From NCBI RefSeq assembly GCF_964204645.1, contig NC_134032.1, positions 16,170,275 through 16,234,274 of the forward strand: 64,000 nucleotides of DNA, in the 5' to 3' direction. The notes under the pieces were generated by a model that saw nothing but the letters and a program-made list of their open reading frames with translations, was not told the origin of the DNA and did no database searches. This DNA is from Tubulanus polymorphus (lineage: Eukaryota; Animalia; Nemertea). A program made the position numbers and the translations under genes. Positions 42,956-53,350 of this stretch are shown here, piece by piece; the first letter of the stretch is position 1, and every line of letters starts with the position of its first letter.

Positions 42956-43604
42956 ATGATGCGTTTCTTGTGTATTTGTAAAATGTAGAACAAAATATAA
43001 AATAAAATATTGAACATTGAAAAATCTTGCCTCATTCAACAATTCTTATTTTTTGGGACCCTAGAGCGCGAGGGACCCCTCTCAGGTTTGGTCCTATAAC
43101 TGAACAAATTTTTGACAGGACTAGGACTAAGGCTAAATGTTTATTTGGTCCTATCACCAGTGCTAACGGGACTCGCACCTGTGACTCATCTCACTGGATT
43201 TCTAGTATTCACCGTGTGGGTATATGTCACCAGTACACTAGCGACACCTGGTTGCTGAGTAATAGGCCCTTATCCTTCTCAGCCATCCCTCATGACGTCA
43301 CCTCCATATTGTTTGCTGCTACCTCTGTTTTTTGTCGTCAGCGACCTCTACTATTAACCTCTGTCTGACCTCTAGATACATGAACACAAACACATATAAT
43401 CTGCCTGAACGAAATTAGAATTGATTATTTATTGATAAAATTTATAAGAGTTTTGAATTTTCGAATTAAAATTGGAATTTGATTTGGAATTGACGGCCTG
43501 ATTAATTTTAGAACCCGGTCCGACGACTTGAGTTCAGATCTCACTGAAAATGAGTTTAATGATGAGTCGGGGTTTAGGGCACACGAGCAGAACGCACACG
43601 GAGT

Positions 43605-45087
43605 TTAGGCACACGTATTATCGATACAGCTTTCTGAACAGCAGTGGTCTTTCTTTTCACACGTTCCAAACAATGGAACACACTCTAAAATACAGAATTG
43701 AAAATATTCATACTGTTTGTGAAACGATGACAAAATCAAAATAAAGACCTCTTTTTTTCACTGGTTTTTCTTTATACCAGAAACTAAATTATTCGAGATG
43801 ACTTGATCAGAAAAATGGAGATAATTTAGCTAGAGTTAGATAATTTGGCTGATTGCCAGATGTATTTGTTTCGGAGCTAGATAAATTTGGCTGATTGCCA
43901 GATGTATCGCTTACCTCCTTCAACGCTTTTGTCTTCTTTTCCTTCCTCATCCATTTTCTTATCTTCGTGTTTTGTAATTTTTTCTTTCTTCGCATTTTCT
44001 TTATCCACTTCTTTGAGCTCCTTGATTTCGGCTTCCAAATCGTGTTCCTTTTCTTTCAACGATTCGAGCTTCAAAATTTTCACAACCAACGCGAAAACTT
44101 TCTTCATCAACTCCTTGCGTTTCGCACCTTCGGGGCCTTCTTCTTCTTTCTTAACTTCTTCGCCTAATTTTTCTTCTATTTCTTTCGTCTTTTCTTCCTG
44201 CTTTTCGGCCGCCTTTAATTTATTTTCGATCATTTTACCGAACTTCACGAAATATTGGAGTTCTTCCACGTTGAGTTCGTGATCTTCAGCCAACTCTTCT
44301 TCAGCGCGACCAGATTCTTCCATCCTTGCGCGTTTTCTCTTGCCGGCTTCGACCGAAGCTAACAGAACGCAGCCAATTATGGCTAACAGTACTACTAAAT
44401 AAACCTGTTAAGAAAAAAAATTTCGTTATGAATAATACCGGACTTAAGCAATTCATACATTAACATACTGTATTAACATAATTAATGAACATAATGTATG
44501 AGCAAGATCTATAAACATAATTCATTAACATAATTTGTTAACATAATTAATGAACATAATTAAAGAACATGAATTTATGAAAATAATTCATGAAAATTGT
44601 TTATTGAAATAATCTATGGAACTAATTTATGGAAATAATTTATGAAAATGATTTATTCGAATGATTTATGAAAATAATTTATGGAAATGATTTATGAAAA
44701 TGATTTATGGAAATGATTTATGAAAATGATTTATTCAAATGATTTATGAAAATAATTTATGGAAATGATTTATGAAAATGATTTATTCAACTGATTTATG
44801 AAAATAATTTATGGAAATGATTTATGAAAATGATTTATGGAAATGATTTATGAAAATAATTTATGGAAATGATTTATGAAACATATGATAGAATTATATT
44901 TGAAAATATCATTGCTTTTCCAGTAAAACCCTAGATCTCCAATGTGAGTTTAAAGATTTCACTCGGATTAGAATAAACTCATTGAAACAATGAAAAATGA
45001 ATTCACAACTTATTACTATGTGTGCATAGAGTCTCAATTATTACGATTCCAATTTATCAGCATTAAATAAAAATAACTTACCTTCAT
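43605..45087 (-). CDS. Secreted precursor: signal peptide, E/K-rich helical pro-region, C-terminal inhibitor cystine knot (knottin) peptide; 3 exons, 191 aa
   Basis: Exons 45087-45082 (MK, donor gtaagt), 44404-43915 (VYLVVLLAIIGCVLLASVEA-GKRKRAR-MEESG...KSVEG, donor gtaagc) and 43684-43605 (acceptor tattttag; ECVPLFGTCEKKDHCCSESCIDNTCA-stop). Phases match. TATATAAA at about 45163-45170 and AATAAA at 43433-43428. Confidence 0.85.
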
Positions 45088-45159
45088 TTTGTATGAATGA
45101 GTGAGTTGACTCTAATCAGGTATTTACCAACAGTAAATGATTAGAAGTCGGTCCCGGTC

Positions 45160-45172
45160 GGGTTTATATACT
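45160..45172 (-). promoter_or_regulatory. Candidate TATA box of the knottin-precursor gene
   Basis: CCAGTATATAAACC on the minus strand, about 80 bp upstream of the ATG at 45087. Confidence 0.5.
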
Positions 45173-45434
45173 GGTAAAGTATGTTTGTCTGTCGCTATTG
45201 GCGACACAATGGGTCGTACGCCTGGCCGGCTTTCCAATAAAAACACCTTATTAAGAAAACTTATGAATACATTTCATATAAAAACGGGTCTAAATTTGTA
45301 AGTGAAAGACATCGCGCGGTCGTGTGGTTATTCAAAGTCATTGAGGTCAGAAAATTTTCCGTCAAAAATATGAAATAATGGAGACCTAATCTTTTGATAA
45401 TCTATAAGCTTAATCTTAACTTGTACCAAATCTG

Positions 45435-45755
45435 ATTGGCTAGGGCCCTGTAAATGAACCGAATCTGGCTGGAGCTAGGGCCCTGTAAATGAACCGAATC
45501 TGGCTGGAGCTAGGGCCCTGTAAATGAACCGAATCTGGTTGGCTAGGGCCCTGTAAATGAACCGAATCTGGTTGGCTAGGGCCCTGTAAATGAACCGAAT
45601 CTGGTTGACTAGGGCCCTGTAAATGAACCGAAACTGGCTGGAGCTAGGGCCCTGTAAATGAACCGAATCTAGTTGGCTAGGGCCCTGTAAATGAACCGAA
45701 TCTGGTTGGCTGGGGCCCTGTAAATGAACCGAATCTGGCTGGAGCTAGGACCCTC
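45435..45755. repeat. 33-35 bp minisatellite upstream of the knottin-precursor gene
   Basis: Unit GCTAGGGCCCTGTAAATGAACCGAATCTGG(C/T)TG(GA). Confidence 0.9.
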
Positions 45756-46923
45756 TTAATCGTCTAAAACCAAATCTTAAAACCTACTTTTTTAGACTTG
45801 CTCTATATTTTCAGTCGAATTGGAATGACCTTTTTAATATGATAGATGTTGTTGATAATAATGCGTGTTTGTGGTCCGTAATGACAGTGACGTGGGGGAC
45901 GGGCTTCTGCGGGTCCATTCCCAGAAAATTTCGAAAAATTGGATTCCTTGGGGTGAATTTTGAACACTTTCAGGTTCAAGTTGAAATCAGAAATGAATCT
46001 CATCGTTGTATCTGTTTTATTTAGGAGAATAGTCGGCGGTAACTCGGCAGAGAAGGGGTGAAGTGAAGGGGGGGGGGGTTGGCGCCCCGGGGGCCACACT
46101 ATCTGTCTCCGCAGACGGTTGTCTATTGAGACGGTGGTTAAACGTCACAACTTATAATTTTGGATTTTGATTCGTTAAATATGTTTCAAATGTAAATTTC
46201 AACATTTTCGTAACGTATTAAGGTATAACGTACTAATAGAGAAACGTTGTTGTTCTCGAGGAAAGGTCCGAATATAATGGAAAATCAACAAACCGCGAAT
46301 GTGATTAATTATAAAGCTTTTAAGTTCCGTCCGTGCAAGAGTTAACCTGTCCGGGCACCCGTCTCAAAGTTTATGAGTCTCGACAAGAGACACGAACAAA
46401 ACATTTTTCAAGCTTGGTATAATCTCTGTACTGACCACCTGAATACAGTCAGACACGCATTCAACAACACGATAATAGATCGTTACAAAGTTTACTAAAC
46501 ATCGTCTATGAATAGTACTGGTCTAGTTTTAGAGCAGATTGGTTGCCTTCGTTACAGGTCACTGGCGTGGATATCTGCAGAGGTGGTGTAGGCGGGGAGG
46601 AGGGGTTTAAGGCGGGCAAACGAACTCCCGTAAATCTTTTACCCTTTAAATAGTCAGCGTTAACAAATTGAGTCAAGATTTATTGTTATTTGGTAATCCA
46701 TATTCTGAAATGATTCATTCAGGTATCCGATCACTCCATATTCAAAATGTGTCGTTTCTCAGGAAAGTTCCACTCTTCGCAGTGAGAAAGTTCCCTTTTT
46801 TGAAATAGGGCTGGCCCTTAAAAAAAGTCTCTGGACATGCTTCTCTCAAATTTTAGTTTTAACAGATTTTATAGCCCCACAACAAGACAAAAACACTAAA
46901 ATCCATCGCCGATTTAGCGTTTA

Positions 46924-47163
46924 TTCCTCCATCCAGGGATTACTCCTCCATCCAGGGATTACTCCTCCATCCCGGGATTACTCCTCCATCCAGGGATTAC
47001 TCCTCCATCCAGGGATTACTCCTCCATCCAGGGATTACTCCTCCATCCAGGGATTACTCCTCCATCCAGGGATTACTCCTCCATCCAGGGATTACTCCTC
47101 CATCCAGGGATTACTCCTCCATCCAGGGATTACTCCTCCATCCAGGGATTACTCCTCCATCCC
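46924..47163. repeat. 19-bp minisatellite, about 12 copies
   Basis: Unit TACTCCTCCATCCAGGGAT. Confidence 0.92.
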
Positions 47164-47815
47164 ACCTTTTTCAAGAATAATATAACAGGAAGTATGGATT
47201 GTAAAGGTTAAGTTTATTTAGACTATATATTTCATTATTTCGTCTAAGTTAGAGGACCCGGGTTCGAACTCCCTGGAGCAATCCTCTTCACACGGCAACA
47301 TGGAGCAATCCTCTCCCCATGACCACCCGGAGTTTCCCATCCTCACGCCTTTCCGGAGCAATCCTCTTCACACGGCAACCTGGAGCAATCCTCGCCTCAC
47401 ACCTATCCGGAGCAATCCTCTCCTCACAACTACCCTGAGAAATCTCTTTTTCTACTGAGTGCAGACTGATTCTGCATCATCCGGCTATCTATACAGGGGT
47501 CTACACAGGATGGGTAGTTTGGGGGAGGGGAGGGGTGAAGGGGTGAGAGGGTGAGGGGGTGAGGGGGTAGTGCTCCAAGTCCACACGCTACTATAAACAC
47601 GATATAATCAGACAATGACATTTAAATTTCTATCATTCATTGATTTATTACAAAAACTCTTCAATGAATATGAATAAACTATATTTAAATATTTCAATCA
47701 TCTACTCAAAATTTAGTTTAACAATTATGAATAATTCTAGAGTTAACTCTTAACTGTGAGTTAGAGTTAACTCAGTGAGTTAGATTTAACTCAGTGAGTT
47801 AGAGTTTACTGTGAG

Positions 47816-50800
47816 TTAGAACCTATGGTATACGTTTTCTTCCTTTCCTTTCTCTTCCTCTTTCTCTTCTTCTTCCTTTTCTTTCTCTTCTTCTTTCTCT
47901 TTTTCTTTCTCTTCTTCTTCCTTTTCTTTCTCTTCTTCTTTCTCCTTTTCTTTCTCTTCTTCTTCCTTTTCTTTCTCTTCTTCTTTCTCTTCTTCTTCCT
48001 TTTCTTTCTCTTCTTCTTTCTCCTTTTCTTTCTCTTCTTCTTCCTTTTCTTTTTCTTCTTCTTTCTCTTCTTTCTCCTTTTCTTTCTCTTCTTCTTTCTC
48101 TTCCTCTTCCTTTTCTTTTTCATCCTCTTTCTCTTCTTCTTTCTCCTTTTCTTCTTCTTTATGTTCTTCTTGTTTCTCTTCTGTTTCTTGTTTTTTGTTT
48201 TCTAGTTTCGGTTTGAAAAATGAGGTAATTTTTGTTTGTCTCAAATGCGCCAGTTTCTCTAATTCCTTCTCTTTCTCCTCTTCTTTGTTCTCCTTCTTCT
48301 CCTTCTCACCTGTCTGTCCTGAATTCTGCTTCAAAAAGAACGATGCCGGCGGGTGCTCCTTCTCTCCTGTTTCAGGTTGTCTGTTCAAGAGCATTTTTAC
48401 TTTCGCTTTTTGGAGTCGCTGTTGTTCTATATAAACAAAACAAACCGTAAAATCAATAACTCGCATAGATTAACATATAATTTGCATATTAATGAACACG
48501 CACCTGCCCGTCCTGAATTCTGCCCCAAAAAGAAGGATGCTGGGGGATGCTCGTACTTCTTCTTCTTCTCTCCTGTTTTAGGTTGTTGACTGTTGAAGAA
48601 CATGTCTAATCTCGCTTGTCTGAGTCGATCTTGTTCTTTATATAAACAAAACAAACCGTAAAATCAATATCAAAACTTGCATTAATTTACATATAATTTG
48701 CATATTAATGAACACGCACCTGCTTCATCCTTTTCATTCTGTTTCAAAAAGAAGGATGCTGGGGGGTGCTCAGGTTGTCTGTTCAAGAGCATTTTTACTT
48801 TCGCTTTTTGGAGTCGCTGTTGTTCTATATAAACAAAACAAACCGTAAAATCAATAACTCGCATAAATTAACATATAATTTGCATATTAATGAACACGCA
48901 CCTGCCCGTCCTGAATTCTGCCCCAAAAAAAAGGATGCTGGGGGATGCTCGTACTTCTCCTTCTTCTCTCCTGTTTTAGGTTGTTGACTGTTGAAGAACA
49001 TGTCTAATCTCGCTTGTCTGAGTCGATCTTGTTCTTATATAAACAAAACAAACCGTAAAATCAATATCAAAACTTGCATTAATTTACATATAATTTGCAT
49101 ATTAATGAACACGCACCTGCTTCATCCTTTTCATTCTGTTTCAAAAAGAAGGATGCTGGGGGGTGCTCAGGTTGTCTGTTCAAGAGCATTTTTACTTTCG
49201 CTTTTTGGAGTCGCTGTTGTTCTATATAAACAAAACAAACCGTAAAATCAATAACTCGCATAAATTAACATATAATTTGCATATTAATGAACACGCACCT
49301 GCCCGTCCTGAATTCTGCCCCAAAAAGAACGATGCTGGGGGATGCTCGTACTTCTCCTTCTTCTCTCCTGTTTTAGGTTGTTGACTGTTGAAGAACATGT
49401 CTAATCTCGCTTGTCTGAGTCGATCTTGTTCTTTATATAAACAAAACAAACCGTAAAATCAATATCAAAACTCGCATTAATTTACATATAATTTGCATAT
49501 TAATTAACACGCACCTGCTTCATCCTCTTCATCTTTTCCGTCGGGTTTCGACTTCAAGAAGAATGAAGCTGGTGGATGATTGTATTCTTCATCCTTTTCT
49601 TTCTCTTCTTCTTTCTCTTCTTCTTTCTCTTCTTCTCGGCCCTTTTTCAAGAAGAATGAAGCCGGTGGGAATTTGTGCTCTTCTCTCTCTGGTCGTTTCG
49701 CTATCTTCTCCTTGAGTTTCTCAATTTCTACATGAATTAAATGAAAATGGAAAAAAAAAACAAAGAATTAAAATCCAACAATCACCACCACGCACACCCG
49801 CACGCAAAAATGCGCATACACGCACACCCGCATGGTCACACACATATATGCATAGGCATGCGATATTGTGTTTTGAAGTTACCTGCGTTTTCTCGAGCTT
49901 TCTGCGCGCGCACTTTTTTAACCAAAGCCAGAATTCGCGCCATTTGGAATATTTTGTTTTTTGGTTGTTCGGTTTTCTTTTTATCTAAAAATAAAATCAA
50001 AATTAATGCCTTCATTAAACTCCTATCTTTGTGTATCTCAACAGTTCGTTTGGCGACAGCAGCGCCACTGTAGGTACGGGGTGGCAGCAGAGCCACTGTA
50101 GGTAGGGGGCGACAGTATCGCCACTGTAGGTAGGTGACGACAGCAGCGCCACTGTAGGTAGGGGGCGACAGTATCGCCACTGTAGGTAGGTGACGTATTT
50201 GAGGTGAGCGAGGGATGTACACAGGTACCTAGATGAAAATAACAGGTATAATGGTAGAACATGAGGTAAAATTGGGTGGGTACGTACATTAACGACATCT
50301 ACCGGTAGCTACAATAATTACTTGCATCGAAAAAATAAATCTACTATAACAGATATCTACGCTGCAACTGCCCGTTGTAATCAGCAGCATCAGTCTTCGT
50401 TAAAGAAATCCGGTTGATAAATACTATAGTAATAATGTGCTACAACAACTATCTATCAAAACTAGCTTTTGAACAACTGCAGCGCCCTCTGGACTTCGAA
50501 TTCAACATATTTTTATTTTGATAGAAAATTTATTCGAACCTTCGTTTTGTTTCACTTCCTTTTCCGGCAGACCGTTGCTGAGTAGTAAACGCAGTTTCTT
50601 CGCTACCTGACGGATTAGAAAACGTAGTCTCAAACCATTTTTGAGCGGGCGCTTTGGTTTTTCAGTATCAGGATGTTTTGGTTTTTCCATTTCAGTATTT
50701 TTTGGTTCTTCACTATCTGCATGTTTTGGTTCTTCCATTTCAGTATGTTTTGGTTCTTCGCTTTTCGGACGTTTCGGCGCCATTTTATTGTTATTCTCCT

Positions 50801-51471
50801 TCCTGGCGTTCACAGCCAGGACGAGGCATCCTAGCAAAGCCAACACTACGAGTCGGCAAACCTAAAAATACGGTCGAATTTCAAATTGCTAATTGAAATA
50901 CTTAAATGGCTTTATTCGGGTTCAGTTTAATGTAGATAACTTTGAATCAATCAGATTCGCATTAAGTTAATGAGAAATTAGAATTGAACGTCATGATTCA
51001 AATATACGTGGAACTCGAATAACGTTTCAATACTTTACGTAGAAATGTATTGTAGATAATACCTGGATTAAACTGAGCCAGATTTACCGGCTTTCATTGT
51101 TTAGCTACTACATATCATGATCTGAATAGCGGATAAACTACTTCCGGTAAAATCAGCCGTTCGTAGTTACGGAAATAGAGTCCAGGGGTGCTGCAGTCGC
51201 TGAAAAGCTAGTTATAAGTAACCGATGGATGAATACCATAGTAACAATGAACTGTTTACTGTCACTATGCCCTAAAAACCCGTTTGAGCAACTGCAGCGC
51301 CCCCTGTATTGGAATGATATTTCGGGCGCGTTAAGAAATATCACGGATGAAAATAGAAATAATCGAAAATGGTTTCGTTGAAAGCAACTAATTCTAGCTA
51401 AGAAAAATCATTTAGAAAAATAAGATTTGGAAATGTTTGAATTATAAACATGTGGCCCGCCCTACCTTCAT
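47816..51471 (-). CDS. Secreted, highly charged repetitive protein with PPASFFL repeats, PIP-box-like motifs and an E/K tail; 10 exons, about 619 aa
   Basis: Exons 51471-51466 (MK), 50861-50540 (signal VCRLVVLALLGCLVLAVNA), 49984-49883, 49727-49515, 49430-49299, 49221-49117, 49033-48902, 48824-48720, 48635-48504, 48426-47816. Total 1860 nt, in frame, with all junctions after exon 2 in phase 1. AATAAA at 47649-47644. The exon 1 assignment and the exon 2 donor (gttcga) are less certain. Confidence 0.78.
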
Positions 51472-51910
51472 ATTAGCTGCTGTTGAAGTTCCACTCCGCG
51501 AGCCTGCTCCGTCGATCTACGAACAGTTTATGTTAGCAGTGACAATAATCTCTACTCTTTTAACCTGCGACAAAACTTGTTTGAGCCCGTCTCCACGCGA
51601 CCTCGGAACCATTAAAACTTGATTCGAAATTGTTTCAAGCTTCACCGGAATTCTATATAAGTTATAATGGTTTATAACCCTTTCTTATTTTTAGAAGTAC
51701 TTTAATCCCCTTTAGAATTTAGTTATTACATATGACGACAGGGCTCGTGGGCGGCATGTCCAGGCAATGACGACAGGGCTCGTGGGCGGCATGTCCAGGC
51801 AGTTAATTCATAATGAGTGATTTAGATTTACTGTAGTCACTCAACCGTTAGTTCAACTTATCAAACATGTCTTGTGTTTGAGTTGTGTCTGTGCGTGTCC
51901 ACGTGACCGG

Positions 51911-53350
51911 AATTGAATTAGAAATACAGATTGACACTGAACAAATAGAGATGACTTCAGTAATGTGACGACTTTTATCCAAATGATGACTTACACTTAG
52001 TAAATTAAATTAGAAATACAAATTGAGACTCAAAAATAGAGATGACTTCAGTAATGTAACGACTTATCCAAATGATGACTTACACTTAATAAATTAAATT
52101 AGAAATATAAATTGAGACTCAAAAATAGAGATGACTTCAGTAATGTGACGACTTATCCAAATGATGACTTACACTTAGTAAATTGGATGAGAAATATAAA
52201 TTGAGACTCAAAAATAGAGATGACTTCAGTAATGTGACGACTTTTATCCAAATGATGACTTACACTTAGTAAATTGAATTAGAAATACAAATTGAGACTC
52301 AAAAATACAGATGACTTCAGTAATGTGACGACTTATCCAAATGATGACTTACACTTAGTAAATTAAATTGGAAATATAAATTGAGACTCAAAAATAGAGA
52401 TGACTTCAGTAATGTGACGACTTTTATCCAAATGATGACTTACACTTAGTAAATTGGATGAGAAATATAAATTGAGACTCAAAAATAGAGATGACTTCAG
52501 TAATGTGACGACTTATACAAATGATGACTTACACTTAGTAAATTGAATTAGAAATACAAATTGAGACTCAAAAATACAGATGACTTCAGTAATGTGACGA
52601 CTTATCCAAATGATAACTTACACTTAGTAAATTAAATTAGAAATATAAATTGAGACTCAAAAATAGAGATGACTTCAGTAATGTGACGACTTATACAAAT
52701 GATGACTTACACTTAGTAAATTGAATTAGAAATATAAATTGAGACTCAAAAATAGAGATGACTTCAGTAATGTGACGACTTTTATCCAAATGATGACTTA
52801 CACTTAGTAAATAGAATTAGAAATAGAAATTGGGACTCAAAAATACAGATGACTTCAGTAATGTGACGACTTATCCAAATGATGACTTACACTTAGTAAA
52901 TTAAATTGGAAATATAAATTGAGACTCAAAAATAGAGATGACTTCAGTAATGTGACGACTTTTATCCAAATGATGACTTACACTTAGTAAATTGAATTAG
53001 AAATACAGATTGACACTGAACAAATAGAGATGACTTCAGTAATGTGACGACTTATCCAAATGATGACTTACACTTAGTGAATTGAATTAGAAATACAGAT
53101 TGACACTGAACAAATAGAGATGACTTCAGTAATGTGACGACTTATCCAAATGATGACTTACACTTAGTAAATTGAATTAGAAATACAGATTGACACTGAA
53201 CAAATAGAGATGACTTCAGTAATGTGACGACTTATCCAAATGATGACTTACACTTAGTGAATTGAATTAGAAATACAGATTGACACTGAACAAATAGAGA
53301 TGACTTCAGTAATGTGACGACTTATCCAAATGATAACTTACACTTAATAT
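51911..53350. repeat. 89-bp satellite, about 16 copies
   Basis: Unit AATTGAATTAGAAATACAAATTGAGACTCAAAAATAGAGATGACTTCAGTAATGTGACGACTTATCCAAATGATGACTTACACTTAGTA. Confidence 0.92.

Noticed and set aside
47245-47430. Possible Cys-containing extra exon for the 619-aa gene
   Set aside because: The region is a degenerate GGAGCAATCCTC repeat next to a B-box-like sequence and lies beyond the AATAAA at 47649-47644; no knottin pattern.
47806-48205. Poly-K/R and poly-F/L ORFs
   Set aside because: Alternative frames and the antisense of the real E/K-rich last exon (48426-47816).
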